64,000 nt of DNA from an uncultured Alphaproteobacteria bacterium (GTDB taxonomy: Bacteria > Pseudomonadota > Alphaproteobacteria > Rhizobiales > Rhizobiaceae). The notes under the pieces are model-generated. The model ran no database searches and was not told the origin of the DNA. It saw only the letters and a list, made by a program, of their open reading frames with translations. This document shows, one piece after another, positions 1-9,558 of this stretch. The translations under genes were made by a program, and so were the position numbers. Each line of letters begins with the position of its first letter. Position 1 is the first letter of the stretch. Where the stretch lies: positions 51,109 through 115,108 of the forward strand of contig CAVTKY010000023.1 of the NCBI GenBank assembly GCA_963735385.1, read 5' to 3'.

Positions 1-723
1 TTCGTCGACGGTGCTTCCGCGCCCGATATTGACGAACACGCCATTTGGCCCGAGCGCCGCGAGCACCTTCGCGTCGACAGCCCTTTCGGTTGCGGCGCCG
101 CCGGGCGCCACAGAAACCAACGTGTCCACGGCTTCGGCCAGGCCTACAAGCGTGGGATGGTACTCGTAAGGCACCCCCTCAATCGGGCGGCGGTTGTGAT
201 AGGCAATTGGAAGGCCGAACGCCTCCAGCCGGCGCGCAATTGCCCGCCCGATCCGTCCCATGCCGAAGATCCCCACACGTCGCCCTCGCAGCGTCATCCT
301 GGTCAGCGGATAGGCGCCCTCCTTTTCCCACCGTCCGTCGCGCAGCCAGGCCTCCGCCTTGGGAAGCTCACGCAGCGTATTCAGCAGAAGACCGATCGCC
401 GTATCGGCGACTTCCTCCGTCAATACATCCGGCGTGTTGGTTACCATCACCCCTTTGGCGCCCGCATGCTTGGCGTCGACACGATCGTAGCCGACGCCGA
501 AATTCGCGATGATCTCCAACCTCGGCAATGCATCGATGAAAGCCGCGTCCGCCGCCGTCATCACTGCCATGCCCCGCGCATCGCGCGCCAGTTCATCGGG
601 CACAAGCGCGGGGTCGGCGCGGTCGATCCGTACAACGCGGAACACCTGCTCCAGCCGCTTCACCGCACGGTCATTGAGCCTTCCCTGTACGAGGATTGTC
701 ACCGCATGTCTGTCATTTGCCAT
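1..723 (-). CDS. D-isomer-specific 2-hydroxyacid dehydrogenase (glyoxylate/hydroxypyruvate reductase-like); C-terminus lies outside the window
   Basis: My own minus-strand translation from the ATG at 721-723 gives MANDRHAVTILVQGRL...VGIFGMGRIGRAIARRLEAFG (NAD Rossmann GxGxxG)...VNIGRGSTVDE. The frame stays open to the window edge, so it is absent from the ORF track. Confidence 0.85.
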   Translation of the reverse strand, partial: MANDRHAVTILVQGRLNDRAVKRLEQVFRVVRIDRADPALVPDELARDARGMAVMTAADAAFIDALPRLEIIANFGVGYDRVDAKHAGAKGVMVTNTPDVLTEEVADTAIGLLLNTLRELPKAEAWLRDGRWEKEGAYPLTRMTLRGRRVGIFGMGRIGRAIARRLEAFGLPIAYHNRRPIEGVPYEYHPTLVGLAEAVDTLVSVAPGGAATERAVDAKVLAALGPNGVFVNIGRGSTVDE

Positions 724-942
724 GATGCTCTTTCCGGAAAGTTAGGCTGACGAGATATGCCTGAGGCGGCCGGATCGCAGCGCCTGGAAGGGCCGCTGCT
801 CGCATTCCAGCGCAAAGGCAGGATTATCCGGCCGCCGGGTCGGAGGAGTCGATCCTTGGTTGAGATCGCCCTTCCAACCGCCAGCCGGGATTCTAGCGAT
901 TGAAGTCGGAGATTCAACCGCGCAGGAAGCGACCGGAGCATT

Positions 943-1989
943 TCAGGCACGCTCTACGGGTTTTCCTGTCGATTGGCGCACATGCAATTCGGGCTTGATG
1001 AGTTCCTGGCTCGTATGCACGGCTGCTCCATTGAGCCGGTCGAGAAGCACGCGTGCCGCACGCCGTCCGACCTCCCGCTGACCATTCCAGACCGTAGTCA
1101 AGGCCGGCGTCGCGATCGCCGCCTCTTCGAGGTCGTCATAGCCTGTCACCGACACTTCAGCGCCGGGCACCAGTCCCGCACGCGCTATCCCGTTCATCAG
1201 GCCGATCGCCACTAGATCGTTCCAGCACACGGCCGCCGTCGGCTTGTCCTTCAGCGCCAGGAATTGACCCGCTGCCTCGAAGCCGGCCTGCTTGGTGCGA
1301 GGCCCTGGAATTCGCCAGCTGGGCTTCACTTCCAGCCCGGCAGCTTCCATTGCCGCGACATATCCCTGATAGCGGTCGCGGCCGGTGGAAGTCTGGTCGG
1401 TGCCGCCGATCATCGCGATGCGGCGATGACCGAGCGAGATGAGATGATTGGTGGCAAGCCCGATCCCATAGGCGTCGTCGCCGCGGAACACAGGAACGTC
1501 GGCGCCTTCGACCGAGCGGGCAATGAGGACCGCCGGGAGGCCATTGTCTTCCGCCATCTGGATGTCCTCCGGCGGCGTTCCGATTGCCGGCGACATGATG
1601 ACGCCGTCGGCGCCAAGCTGGAGCAGCGTGTCAATGAAGGTCCGCTGCTTTTCCAGCTGGTCGTAGTGATTGGACAGGATGAAGGTCTGGCGGCTGCGGT
1701 CGAGCTCGGATTCGATTGACCGCAGGATCTCCGCAAAGAACGGGTTCATGATGTCGTGCACGACGACGCCGACAATTCCGGAACGGGAGGTCCGGAGGCT
1801 TGCCGCGCGCCGGTTGTAAATATAGCCGATCGTGCGGGCATGTTCCTTGATGCGATCACGTGTGGCATCAGCGACCAGCGGACTGTCGCGCAGGGCGAGC
1901 GAAACCGTCGCCGTGGAAACACCGAGCGCATCGGCGATGGTCGAAAGCTTGATCTTTTGTGCCAGCGCGACCTCCAGCCCTTAAACCAT
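943..1989 (-). CDS. LacI-family transcriptional regulator; start unresolved (in-frame ATG-GTT-TAA, then the HTH)
   Basis: The tracked ORF 943..1761 is the periplasmic-binding-like sugar domain. The same frame continues upstream as GLEVALAQKIKLSTIADALGVSTATVSLALRDSPLVADATRDRIKEHARTIGYIYNRRAASL, a classic LacI HTH. There is no ATG/GTG/TTG between the TAA (1981-1983) and the HTH. An in-frame ATG lies at 1987-1989, two codons before that TAA. Confidence 0.8.
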
Positions 1990-1990
1990 C

Positions 1991-2009
1991 GATTTAAACT
2001 GTTTAAATC
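1991..2009. promoter_or_regulatory. Perfect 19-bp palindrome GATTTAAAC-T-GTTTAAATC; candidate LacI-family operator
   Basis: Read directly from the sequence. The two 9-nt arms are exact reverse complements around a central T, and the AAAC/GTTT core resembles LacI-family operators. It abuts the regulator's 5' end. Confidence 0.5.
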
Positions 2010-2036
2010 AGGCTTATGCCATCGCCGGCATGGAAA

Positions 2037-2987
2037 TCAAAGCTTTTTCGCCAGCTCCTCGTCTTCGGTGTTCGGAGCCGTGCGGCTCTTCAGGCGCAGC
2101 CGATGTTCGCGGTGCACGATATAGAGTCCGCTGGCGACGATGACGGCAGCGCCCATGAGCGTGTAACGATCGGGAAACTGCTCGAAAATCACGTACCCGA
2201 GGAAAATCATCCAGACCATTTGCAGATAGGGATATGGGGCCAGGGCAGCCGTGGTTGCCTCCCGGTAGGCCTTGATCAAAAGCCAGTGGCCGAAGCCTCC
2301 GTAGAAGCCGAGCGAAAGCAGGATGATCCACTGTCCGATGCCCACGGGCATGGACAACGTCGAGGGCACGACTGGCAGCATGAAGAGTACCGGCGCCAGC
2401 GCGGAATAGAAGATCAGGCTCTCCGCCGTCTCCATCGCGGCCATGGACCGCGTCATGATCACGTAGAGGGAATAGCTGAGCATCGATCCCAGCGCATAGA
2501 AGTGGCCTATCTCGAAACTGGCAACCCCTGGCCGTGTAATGACCAACACGCCCACGAACCCGGCGCCAATGGCAAGCCAGCGCCGCCAACCGGCCCATTC
2601 ACCGAGCATCGGCCCAGCAAGCGCGGTGATCACCATGGGCGCAAAAAAGAAGATCGACATGGTTTGGGCAAGCTGAAGCGTGTTCAGCGCGAGAAAGTTG
2701 AAAAAAGTCGATCCGAACAGAAATATCCCCCGCAGGAGCTGGAGGGGCAGGCTGCGTGCGCGCAGCATGCCGGGATTGGACCACGGGCGGAACAGGGCAA
2801 TGAAAAGCACAAGGTGAACGACGAACCGGACCCAGGATACAAACGGCGCAGCCATGCCGCCGAGAACGAGATATTTGGCGCTCGCATCGAGGAAGGAGAA
2901 CGAAAGCCCCGCCCCAAGGACAAGCAAGATTGCCGAAGCAGGCGTGGCGCTGTCTGTGGAACTGTTCTGGGCGCTCACGATCGGCAA
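2037..2987 (-). CDS. DMT superfamily (EamA-like) transporter
   Basis: 316-aa ORF that is strongly hydrophobic with about 10 TM segments and a two-EamA-repeat architecture. The tracked start is TTG. Confidence 0.8.
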   Translation of the reverse strand: MPIVSAQNSSTDSATPASAILLVLGAGLSFSFLDASAKYLVLGGMAAPFVSWVRFVVHLVLFIALFRPWSNPGMLRARSLPLQLLRGIFLFGSTFFNFLALNTLQLAQTMSIFFFAPMVITALAGPMLGEWAGWRRWLAIGAGFVGVLVITRPGVASFEIGHFYALGSMLSYSLYVIMTRSMAAMETAESLIFYSALAPVLFMLPVVPSTLSMPVGIGQWIILLSLGFYGGFGHWLLIKAYREATTAALAPYPYLQMVWMIFLGYVIFEQFPDRYTLMGAAVIVASGLYIVHREHRLRLKSRTAPNTEDEELAKKL

Positions 2988-3075
2988 TCCATATGGCGGC
3001 TGGAGGAGAACCGCTTCTTGGCCGCTACAGCGGCTGGTCGCAAGCTAAAATGGCTGGACCAGTCGATCGAGCCGG

Positions 3076-3546
3076 CTATTCATCCGCCTCGACATCGTCC
3101 TCGATCTCGATGGCCTGGCCATTGGAAAGATTGGCTTCGACCCTCGAGAGAAGCTTCGAAAGGGTCTTCTGCTCCTTCTTGTCGAGCCCTTTCAAGGCCT
3201 GCTTTTCGGTCTTGCGCACGGACTTCTCGATCGCTCGAATAGCCTCCCGGCCAGTATCCGTGAGGAAGATATTTGCCTGCCGCGCGTCGATCTCCGAAGC
3301 GCGCTTGGCGAGAAATCCCTGAACCTGAAGGCGATTGATCGTCTTGGTGATAGTCGGCGGGCGCACGCCAAGGCGCGCGGCCAGTTGGCCAGGTGTTTGG
3401 CCGTCCTCGTGGTCCAGGGCCAGCATGATCTGGTCCTGACCAGCATAGAACCCATGATTGAGAAGGCGCGCCGCCAGCGCCGTCCGTGACAGCCTGGCTG
3501 CCGAGTGGAGCCGGCTCATCGTCGCACCTCTGTCGGCCTTTGCCAT
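3076..3546 (-). CDS. MarR-family transcriptional regulator
   Basis: Start trimmed to MAKADRG, with an AGGAGGG RBS 5 nt upstream. The winged-helix region QTPGQLAARLGVRPPTITKTINRLQVQGFLAKR is typical of MarR. Confidence 0.85.
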   Translation of the reverse strand: MAKADRGATMSRLHSAARLSRTALAARLLNHGFYAGQDQIMLALDHEDGQTPGQLAARLGVRPPTITKTINRLQVQGFLAKRASEIDARQANIFLTDTGREAIRAIEKSVRKTEKQALKGLDKKEQKTLSKLLSRVEANLSNGQAIEIEDDVEADE

Positions 3547-3737
3547 GACGCCCTCCTGCTTCGAATCGAAACACCGCCCACGAACGCCAGCCGCACGGTG
3601 GCTGTTGGCAACTATTAGCGTTTTAATCGCCCGGTTCAAAGCTTTGCCGGCAATCAAACGCCCACTGCAGAAGCTAATGCCAGAGCTGCATTTCAATTAG
3701 ATGACAAAGGAAAGCCGATGCGGCCGGCGGTGGTGTC

Positions 3738-4075
3738 TCACGTTGAATTTGGTCCGGAAGCGGGGTCGACAAACCGCGCGAAGTCCGGATCAACCCGATC
3801 AGCGAGAATGTTCTCGAACCGGCCTTCGATGCAAAGCCTTTCAACATGCCCCCACATCTCGGCGAAGTGTGCCGTTTGATGGTGAAGATCATGGACCTCT
3901 GGTGTCCGATATTTTTCAATGGCGATCACCGTGTCGGGATCTGTCGAACTCAAATGAAACTCAAAAAACTCGACACCATCCTCCTCGAGCGTCGTGCTAA
4001 TGAAGGGTCGTGCCAGGGCTAGGAATTCATCGCGTTTTCCGGGCCTCAGCTTCAGCCATCCGATAACGAACTTCA
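3738..4075 (-). CDS. Small ABM (antibiotic-biosynthesis-monooxygenase-like) domain protein
   Basis: Only the C-terminal 112 codons of the 513-aa tracked ORF look real: MKFVIGWLKLRPGKRDEFLALARPF...IAIEKYRTPEVHDLHHQTAHF. A GGAGGTG RBS lies upstream. The rest of that ORF is antisense to cobW. Confidence 0.6.
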
Positions 4076-4289
4076 TCTTGACACCTCCTGCAAAAGGCCC
4101 GTCGGCAGGGTATCGAATTTCCGTGCGGCGCGCGACAATGGTCCGGCGGGATTTCAAACTGACCCTACCCGGCCAGCGCCAGCAGTGTTCGGTTGCGATC
4201 AGCGCCTCAAGGCCAATTCGCGCGTGCAAAACCGGGCCCAGCGTCCTATATGGAGCACAATCACAGGCCTCCGATCGCAAGGTGCATCG

Positions 4290-5357
4290 ATGAGCGAAGC
4301 TCAGACACAGATTCCCGTGACCGTCCTGACCGGCTATCTCGGCTCGGGAAAAACCACGCTCCTCAACCGCATTCTCTCCGAGAATCACGGCAAGCGTTAC
4401 GCTGTCATCGTCAACGAATTCGGGGAAATTGGGATCGACAATGACCTGATCGTCGAGTCCGACGAGGAAATCTACGAGATGAACAATGGCTGCGTATGCT
4501 GCACCGTGCGCGGCGATCTGATCCGCGTTGTCGAAGGTCTGATGCGCCGCCCGGGCCGTTTTGATGCAATCGTCGTCGAGACGACCGGCCTGGCCGACCC
4601 GGTGCCGGTTGCCCAGACCTTCTTTATGGACCAGGACGTTCGTTCCAAGACCAAGCTCGACGCGGTCGTCGCGCTGGTCGACGCCAAGCATCTGCCGCTG
4701 CGCCTCAAGGATTCGCGCGAGGCAGAGGACCAGATCGCCTTCGCCGACGTCGTGTTGCTCAACAAGACGGACCTCGTGACCGAGCAGGAACTGCACAATG
4801 TCGAGGTGGCCATCCGCGCCATCAATCCCGGCGCCCGCATCCATCGCACGCACCGCGCCGGCATATCGCTGGACGAGGTACTCGACCGCGGCGCCTTTGA
4901 TCTTTCGCGTGCACTGGAGAACGATCCGCACTTTCTGGAGGCGCACGATCATGACCATGACCACGAGTGTGGCCCGGACTGCGATCACGACCACCACCAC
5001 CATCACGAGCACGATGGCCATGACCACCATCATCACGATCATCGGGTTTCTCCCATTCACGACGTGACCGTGCAGTCCGTGTCGCTGCGGGGCGCGGAGA
5101 TGGATCCGAAGAAGTTCTTCCCGTGGATCGAGAAGATCACCCAGGCGGAAGGCCCGAATATCCTGCGCCTCAAGGGGATTATTGCCTTCAAGGACGATCC
5201 GGACCGCTATGTAATTCAAGGCGTCCACATGATCATTGAAGGCGATCATCAGCGGTCCTGGAAGGACGGCGAGAAACATGAAAGCCGGCTTGTCTTCATT
5301 GGCCGCGAGCTCGACGCAGAGCGGCTGAAACGCACATTCGAAACCTGCCAGGCCTGA
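4290..5357 (+). CDS. CobW/COG0523 (G3E) GTPase metallochaperone with a His-rich insert
   Basis: Starts MSEAQTQIPVTVLTGYLGSGKTTLLNRIL (P-loop). It carries the CVCC metal motif (NNGCVCCTVRGDL) and the stretch HDHDHDHECGPDCDHDHHHHHEHDGHDHHHHDH. Confidence 0.9.
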   Translation: MSEAQTQIPVTVLTGYLGSGKTTLLNRILSENHGKRYAVIVNEFGEIGIDNDLIVESDEEIYEMNNGCVCCTVRGDLIRVVEGLMRRPGRFDAIVVETTGLADPVPVAQTFFMDQDVRSKTKLDAVVALVDAKHLPLRLKDSREAEDQIAFADVVLLNKTDLVTEQELHNVEVAIRAINPGARIHRTHRAGISLDEVLDRGAFDLSRALENDPHFLEAHDHDHDHECGPDCDHDHHHHHEHDGHDHHHHDHRVSPIHDVTVQSVSLRGAEMDPKKFFPWIEKITQAEGPNILRLKGIIAFKDDPDRYVIQGVHMIIEGDHQRSWKDGEKHESRLVFIGRELDAERLKRTFETCQA

Positions 5358-5365
5358 CGCTGCGC

Positions 5366-6343
5366 ATGCCTACAGTCGCCCCGCTTGATCTCGACGGACA
5401 TTGCGTCGCCGCCGTATTTCTCGACGATGTTCCGCATTTCGCACTGGCCGATGGCCAAATCCACCGGCTCGACCACGGCCACAAGACCGGGAAGGTCCAT
5501 GACGGCCTGCTGGCGGCTGCCACCGATGCGACCGCGACCCGCCTTGTGACCGCAGGCGAGGATGGCAAGGTCTGTTGCGCTGCGGCGGACGGTAAAAGCG
5601 AGGCAGTTGCCGAACTCGGCCGCGGCAAGTGGATCACCAGCGTCGCCTGTGGCCCGCAAGGCGCCATCGCCTTTGCTTCCGGACGCAACGCGTATGTCCG
5701 CTTCGCCGACGGCAAACAAAAGGAGCTTGCACACCCCCGCTCCGTTGAAGGAGTCGCTTTCTCGCCGAAGGGAATGTGGCTCGGTGTGGCCCGTTACAAT
5801 GGTGCGACGCTGCACTTCCCGGCCGCCGAAGGCAAGCCGTTGGAATTGCAATGGGAGGGCGCCCATACCGGTATCACCTTCTCACCGGACGGCAATTTCG
5901 TCGTCACCACCATGCAGGAAAATGCCCTGCACGGCTGGAAGCTGTCGGACGGCAAGCACATGCGCATGAGCGGCTATCCGGCCAAGGTCAAATCGATGTC
6001 CTGGAGCGCCAAGGGCCGCTGGCTCGCAAGTTCCGGCGCACCGGCGTCAATCGTGTGGCCTTTCTTCGCTAAGGACGGCCCTATGGGCAAGGCCCCGCTC
6101 GAACTCGGAACGCGGGGGAACATGATGGTCACCTCCGTCGCCTGCCATCCGGCGGACGAGATCGTTGCCATCGGCTATTCCGACGGCATGGTGCTTGCGG
6201 CCCGATTTGCCGATCAGAAGGAAGTGCTTCTGCGCCGTCCCGGCAAGGGCGCTGTCACCTCGATGACCTGGGACAAAGAAGGCCGCCGCATCGCCTTCGG
6301 CACCGAGACCGGCGATTGCGGTGTGATCGACATTTCGGCCTAG
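5366..6343 (+). CDS. WD40-repeat protein
   Basis: 325 aa with repeated beta-propeller blade signatures (ITSVACGPQG, VAFSPKGMWL, ITFSPDGNFV, MSWSAKGRWLAS, VTSMTWDKEGRR). It starts 9 nt after the cobW stop. Confidence 0.8.
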   Translation: MPTVAPLDLDGHCVAAVFLDDVPHFALADGQIHRLDHGHKTGKVHDGLLAAATDATATRLVTAGEDGKVCCAAADGKSEAVAELGRGKWITSVACGPQGAIAFASGRNAYVRFADGKQKELAHPRSVEGVAFSPKGMWLGVARYNGATLHFPAAEGKPLELQWEGAHTGITFSPDGNFVVTTMQENALHGWKLSDGKHMRMSGYPAKVKSMSWSAKGRWLASSGAPASIVWPFFAKDGPMGKAPLELGTRGNMMVTSVACHPADEIVAIGYSDGMVLAARFADQKEVLLRRPGKGAVTSMTWDKEGRRIAFGTETGDCGVIDISA

Positions 6344-6418
6344 TGGAACGAATTTGACATTCGCATCCCATCTGACATCACGCGTCCATTGCGAATGTCA
6401 AATTCAAAGTTCCACTAG
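6340..6418. repeat. RIME/REP-like palindromic element A (CTAGTGGAAC...GTTCCACTAG)
   Basis: The arms CTAGTGGAACGAATTTGACATTCGCA and TGCGAATGTCAAATTCAAAGTTCCACTAG are nearly self-complementary. A second copy lies at 63918-63996 with 3 mismatches in 79 nt. Confidence 0.85.
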
Positions 6419-6431
6419 AATCATATGTTTG

Positions 6432-6509
6432 CTAGTGGTCCTTATGATTCTAACATTCGCCTGAATGGCCCGTATCAATGGGATGCGAATGTTAGAATCG
6501 GACCACTAG
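6432..6509. repeat. RIME/REP-like palindromic element B (CTAGTGGTCC...GGACCACTAG)
   Basis: Has the same CTAGTGG/CCACTAG termini as element A. Its arms are GATTCTAACATTCGC and GCGAATGTTAGAATC. The internal ATGGGATGCGAATGT is the reverse complement of part of element A. Confidence 0.8.
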
Positions 6510-6649
6510 CGCATCGGTCGAAAAATCGCTCGATGGGGGGCTTGCAGACTTAGATCGCCGCGTCCACTGGCCGCTGGTCGCGGAAACCCCTTTGCTTTGC
6601 GGCTCGCGTCGTGAGAGAAGCGAGGATCCCCCGTCGCCAAGGCAGATCC

Positions 6650-8038
6650 ATGAATTCTCCGTCAGGCTCGACTATCGATGAAGCGAATGCGTTTCTCGAT
6701 GCACATCCGGAAATCGAGGCCCTAGACGTCGTGCTCACCGACACGAACGGTGTCGGTCGCGGCAAGATCATCCGCCGGCATGAGCTTCCAGCCTTATACG
6801 AGAGCGGCCGTCACATGCCGATCTCGATCCTCGGCCTCGACATCACGGGCGAGGACGTCCATGAGACCGGTTTGATCTGGGACTCCGGCGACGGGGACCT
6901 TCGCGCCTGGCCGATTCCGGGCACACTGACGCCGCTTCACGGCACCAGCCCGGCGCACGGCCAAGTGCTGATGTCGATGTACCATCTGGACGGCCAGCCG
7001 ATGACCTCCGATCCGCGCCATGCGCTGGCGCGGCAGGTCGCGGCTTTCGAGGCCAGGGGGCTCCATCCTGCCGGCGCCTTCGAGCTCGAATTCTTCCTGT
7101 TGAGAAACGAGCGCGACAGCGAGGGCCGGATCCAGCCTGCAAGTGCGGTTCTCGACGGCCGGCGCAGCGGCAAGACCGAGGTCTATTCGGTCGATCACCT
7201 GCATGGCATGGAGCCGCTCTTTTCGGACATCTATGCCGGCGCCAAGGTTCAAGGGATTCCCGTCGAAACGCTGATCTCGGAATACGCGCCCGGCCAGTAT
7301 GAACTCACACTCCACTACCGCAAGAATATCCTCCAGGCAGCGGATGACCTGATCCAGCTCAAGCGTCTCGTGCGCATGCAGGCGCGGCGACATGGCGTAA
7401 CGGCCTGCTTCATGGCCAAGCCGATCGAAAAATATGCCGGCTCCGGCATGCATTTGCACGTTTCGATACAGGACAGCGCCGGCACGAACATTTTTAGGGA
7501 ACAACGGCCGGGCGAATGGAACCCCGCCCTCCTCCACGCCATCGGCGGGCTTTCGGCAACGATGCCTAAGTCGATGCTGGTGTTTGCGCCGCACGCCAAC
7601 TCCTGGCGGCGTTTCGTCGCCCAGTCCTATGCGCCGCTTGCGCCGACTTGGGGCGTCAACAACCGCTCGGTCGCGCTGCGCATTCCGGCAGGCGACGTGA
7701 AAAACCGCCGTATCGAGCATCGCCCTTCTGGCGTCGACGCCAATCCCTATCTCGTGGCGACAACAGTGCTTGCCGGGATCGCCAAGGGCGTTGACGAAAA
7801 GCTCGATCCTGGCCCTGAAACAACCGGCAACGGATATGAGAAGGCCGACAAGCTCAACGGCGGCGCACCAGCCGATTGGCGATCGGCTATCGAAGCGGCG
7901 AAGGCGTCTACATTCCTCAAGGATGCGCTCGGGGAGGATCTACACCGCACCTTCACGGCCATAAAGCAGGCGGAATATATGAGCGTCGCACGCACGGTCA
8001 GCGAACTCGACTACCACCTCTACCTGCACGAGGTGTGA
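6650..8038 (+). CDS. Glutamine synthetase family protein (GlnT / gamma-glutamyl-amine ligase type)
   Basis: Starts at MNSPSGSTIDEANAFL. GS catalytic-domain motifs are present: ELEFFLL, GSGMHLHVS, NRSVALRIP...RIEHRPSGVDANPY. Confidence 0.85.
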   Translation: MNSPSGSTIDEANAFLDAHPEIEALDVVLTDTNGVGRGKIIRRHELPALYESGRHMPISILGLDITGEDVHETGLIWDSGDGDLRAWPIPGTLTPLHGTSPAHGQVLMSMYHLDGQPMTSDPRHALARQVAAFEARGLHPAGAFELEFFLLRNERDSEGRIQPASAVLDGRRSGKTEVYSVDHLHGMEPLFSDIYAGAKVQGIPVETLISEYAPGQYELTLHYRKNILQAADDLIQLKRLVRMQARRHGVTACFMAKPIEKYAGSGMHLHVSIQDSAGTNIFREQRPGEWNPALLHAIGGLSATMPKSMLVFAPHANSWRRFVAQSYAPLAPTWGVNNRSVALRIPAGDVKNRRIEHRPSGVDANPYLVATTVLAGIAKGVDEKLDPGPETTGNGYEKADKLNGGAPADWRSAIEAAKASTFLKDALGEDLHRTFTAIKQAEYMSVARTVSELDYHLYLHEV

Positions 8039-8158
8039 TTGGGCGAGCTTCGCACGGCGCTGTAGTTACGGACCCGGGCAGTTGGGCCTCGTCGCGAGGT
8101 CCCTGGCGGTCGAATGACGATCCAACAATCCGAAACCTTGCGAGGTCTCCCTTCGGCC

Positions 8159-9424
8159 TCAGCGGACCAATATCGCTCTCAGATCATTCACATTCGTACC
8201 TGTCGGCCCCGGCACGAATAGATCGTCAACAGCGTTGAACGCGGTCCACGCATTGTTTCCGGCAAGCATCGCCTTGGCGTCGATTCCGGCTCCCCACATG
8301 CGGGCAACGGTGGTTCCATCGGCAAATGCGCCGGCATTGTCTTCCGATCCGTCGATGCCGTCAGTATCGGCCGCCAGCGCATGAATGCCGGGCACGCCGT
8401 CGATGCCGATCGCGAAGGCCAGCAGGAACTCGCTGTTGCGCCCGCCCTTGCCCTTAGCGCGGAGCGTCACAGTGGTCTCGCCACCCGAGAGAATGAGAAC
8501 CGGTTTGCGGAACGGTCGGTCCCTGGTCGCCACTTCGCGTGCGATTGCAGCGTGAACAGCGCCTACATCGCGCGCTTCGCCCTCGATGGAATCCGAGAGG
8601 ATGACCGCCTCGAGGCCATGCTTTCGCGCCTCCATGGCCGCAGCCTCGAGCGACACAGCGGCCGAGGCAATGAGGTGGACCTCGTTGCGCGGAAAACTCG
8701 GGTCATCAGGCCGCGGCGCATCGGCAGCGGGCGATTGCAAGTGGGCCATCACACGGGCGGGCAGCTTCATGCCGTAAGTCGCGACAATCGCCGATGCGTC
8801 CTCGCGCGTGCTGTCGTCCGGCACGGTCGGCCCTGACGCCACCAGCGCGGGGTTGTCGCCGGGAATGTCGGACACGACCAGCGAGACAACCTGCGCCGGA
8901 TAGGCGGCTGCAGCGAGCCGTCCGCCCTTGATCGTCGACACATGCTTGCGTACTGCGTTCATCGCGGAGATCGGCGCGCCAGAGGCAAGCAGGGCCTCGT
9001 TGACGGCGATTTCATCCGCGAGCGTGAGACCGGCCGGAGGCGCCGGAAGCAGCGCCGAGCCGCCGCCACAAATCAGTGCGATAACGAGGTCATCGGCGGT
9101 CAATCCACTGACTGCCTCGATGAGGCGCGCGGACGCCGCAAGCCCTGCTTCGTCAGGAACCGGATGCGCCGCCTCCAGCACCTCAATCCGCTCGCACGGT
9201 GCGCCGTAGCCGTAGCGGGTGACCACCACGCCCTTGAGCGGCCCTTCCCAGGCCTTCTCCAGAGCTTGCGCCATTTGCGCAGTTCCCTTGCCTGCACCCA
9301 CGACGATGACGCGACCGGTAGGCCTCGCTGGCAGATGGTTGCGAATCGTCAATTCGGGATCGGCTGCTTTGACTGCGGCCTCAAATACGGAAGTGAGAAA
9401 TTTCTTGGAATCGAGAACAGTCAT
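8159..9424 (-). CDS. Glycerate 2-kinase / hydroxypyruvate reductase-like (MOFRL family, TtuD-like)
   Basis: 421 aa. Contains [34 protein letters not shown] and [10 protein letters not shown], which are typical of the DUF4147+MOFRL glycerate kinases. Confidence 0.85.
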   Translation of the reverse strand: MTVLDSKKFLTSVFEAAVKAADPELTIRNHLPARPTGRVIVVGAGKGTAQMAQALEKAWEGPLKGVVVTRYGYGAPCERIEVLEAAHPVPDEAGLAASARLIEAVSGLTADDLVIALICGGGSALLPAPPAGLTLADEIAVNEALLASGAPISAMNAVRKHVSTIKGGRLAAAAYPAQVVSLVVSDIPGDNPALVASGPTVPDDSTREDASAIVATYGMKLPARVMAHLQSPAADAPRPDDPSFPRNEVHLIASAAVSLEAAAMEARKHGLEAVILSDSIEGEARDVGAVHAAIAREVATRDRPFRKPVLILSGGETTVTLRAKGKGGRNSEFLLAFAIGIDGVPGIHALAADTDGIDGSEDNAGAFADGTTVARMWGAGIDAKAMLAGNNAWTAFNAVDDLFVPGPTGTNVNDLRAILVR

Positions 9425-9558
9425 TTTCCTGCCATTGAGCGGTCACTGATGGATTATGCGTCGCCCGTGTCCTCTTCAAGGGAGACGGAGAGGAGCATAT
9501 ACGTTGCCGCTTCCCCTCGCGTTTGCAGAACGGCGCTCAGGCTGTCACCCGAGCGCAT

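Noticed and set aside
2016-3242. 408-aa plus-strand ORF
   Set aside because: It is antisense to the DMT transporter and MarR genes. Its composition is Arg/Gly/Pro/His-rich and low complexity, typical of shadow ORFs in GC-rich DNA.
4076-5279. Upstream 400 codons of the 513-aa minus-strand ORF 3738..5279, including a VMVVV/His-mirror stretch
   Set aside because: It is antisense to the well-supported cobW gene. The odd repeat is the mirror of the His-rich insert. Only the last 112 codons (the ABM-like protein) were kept.
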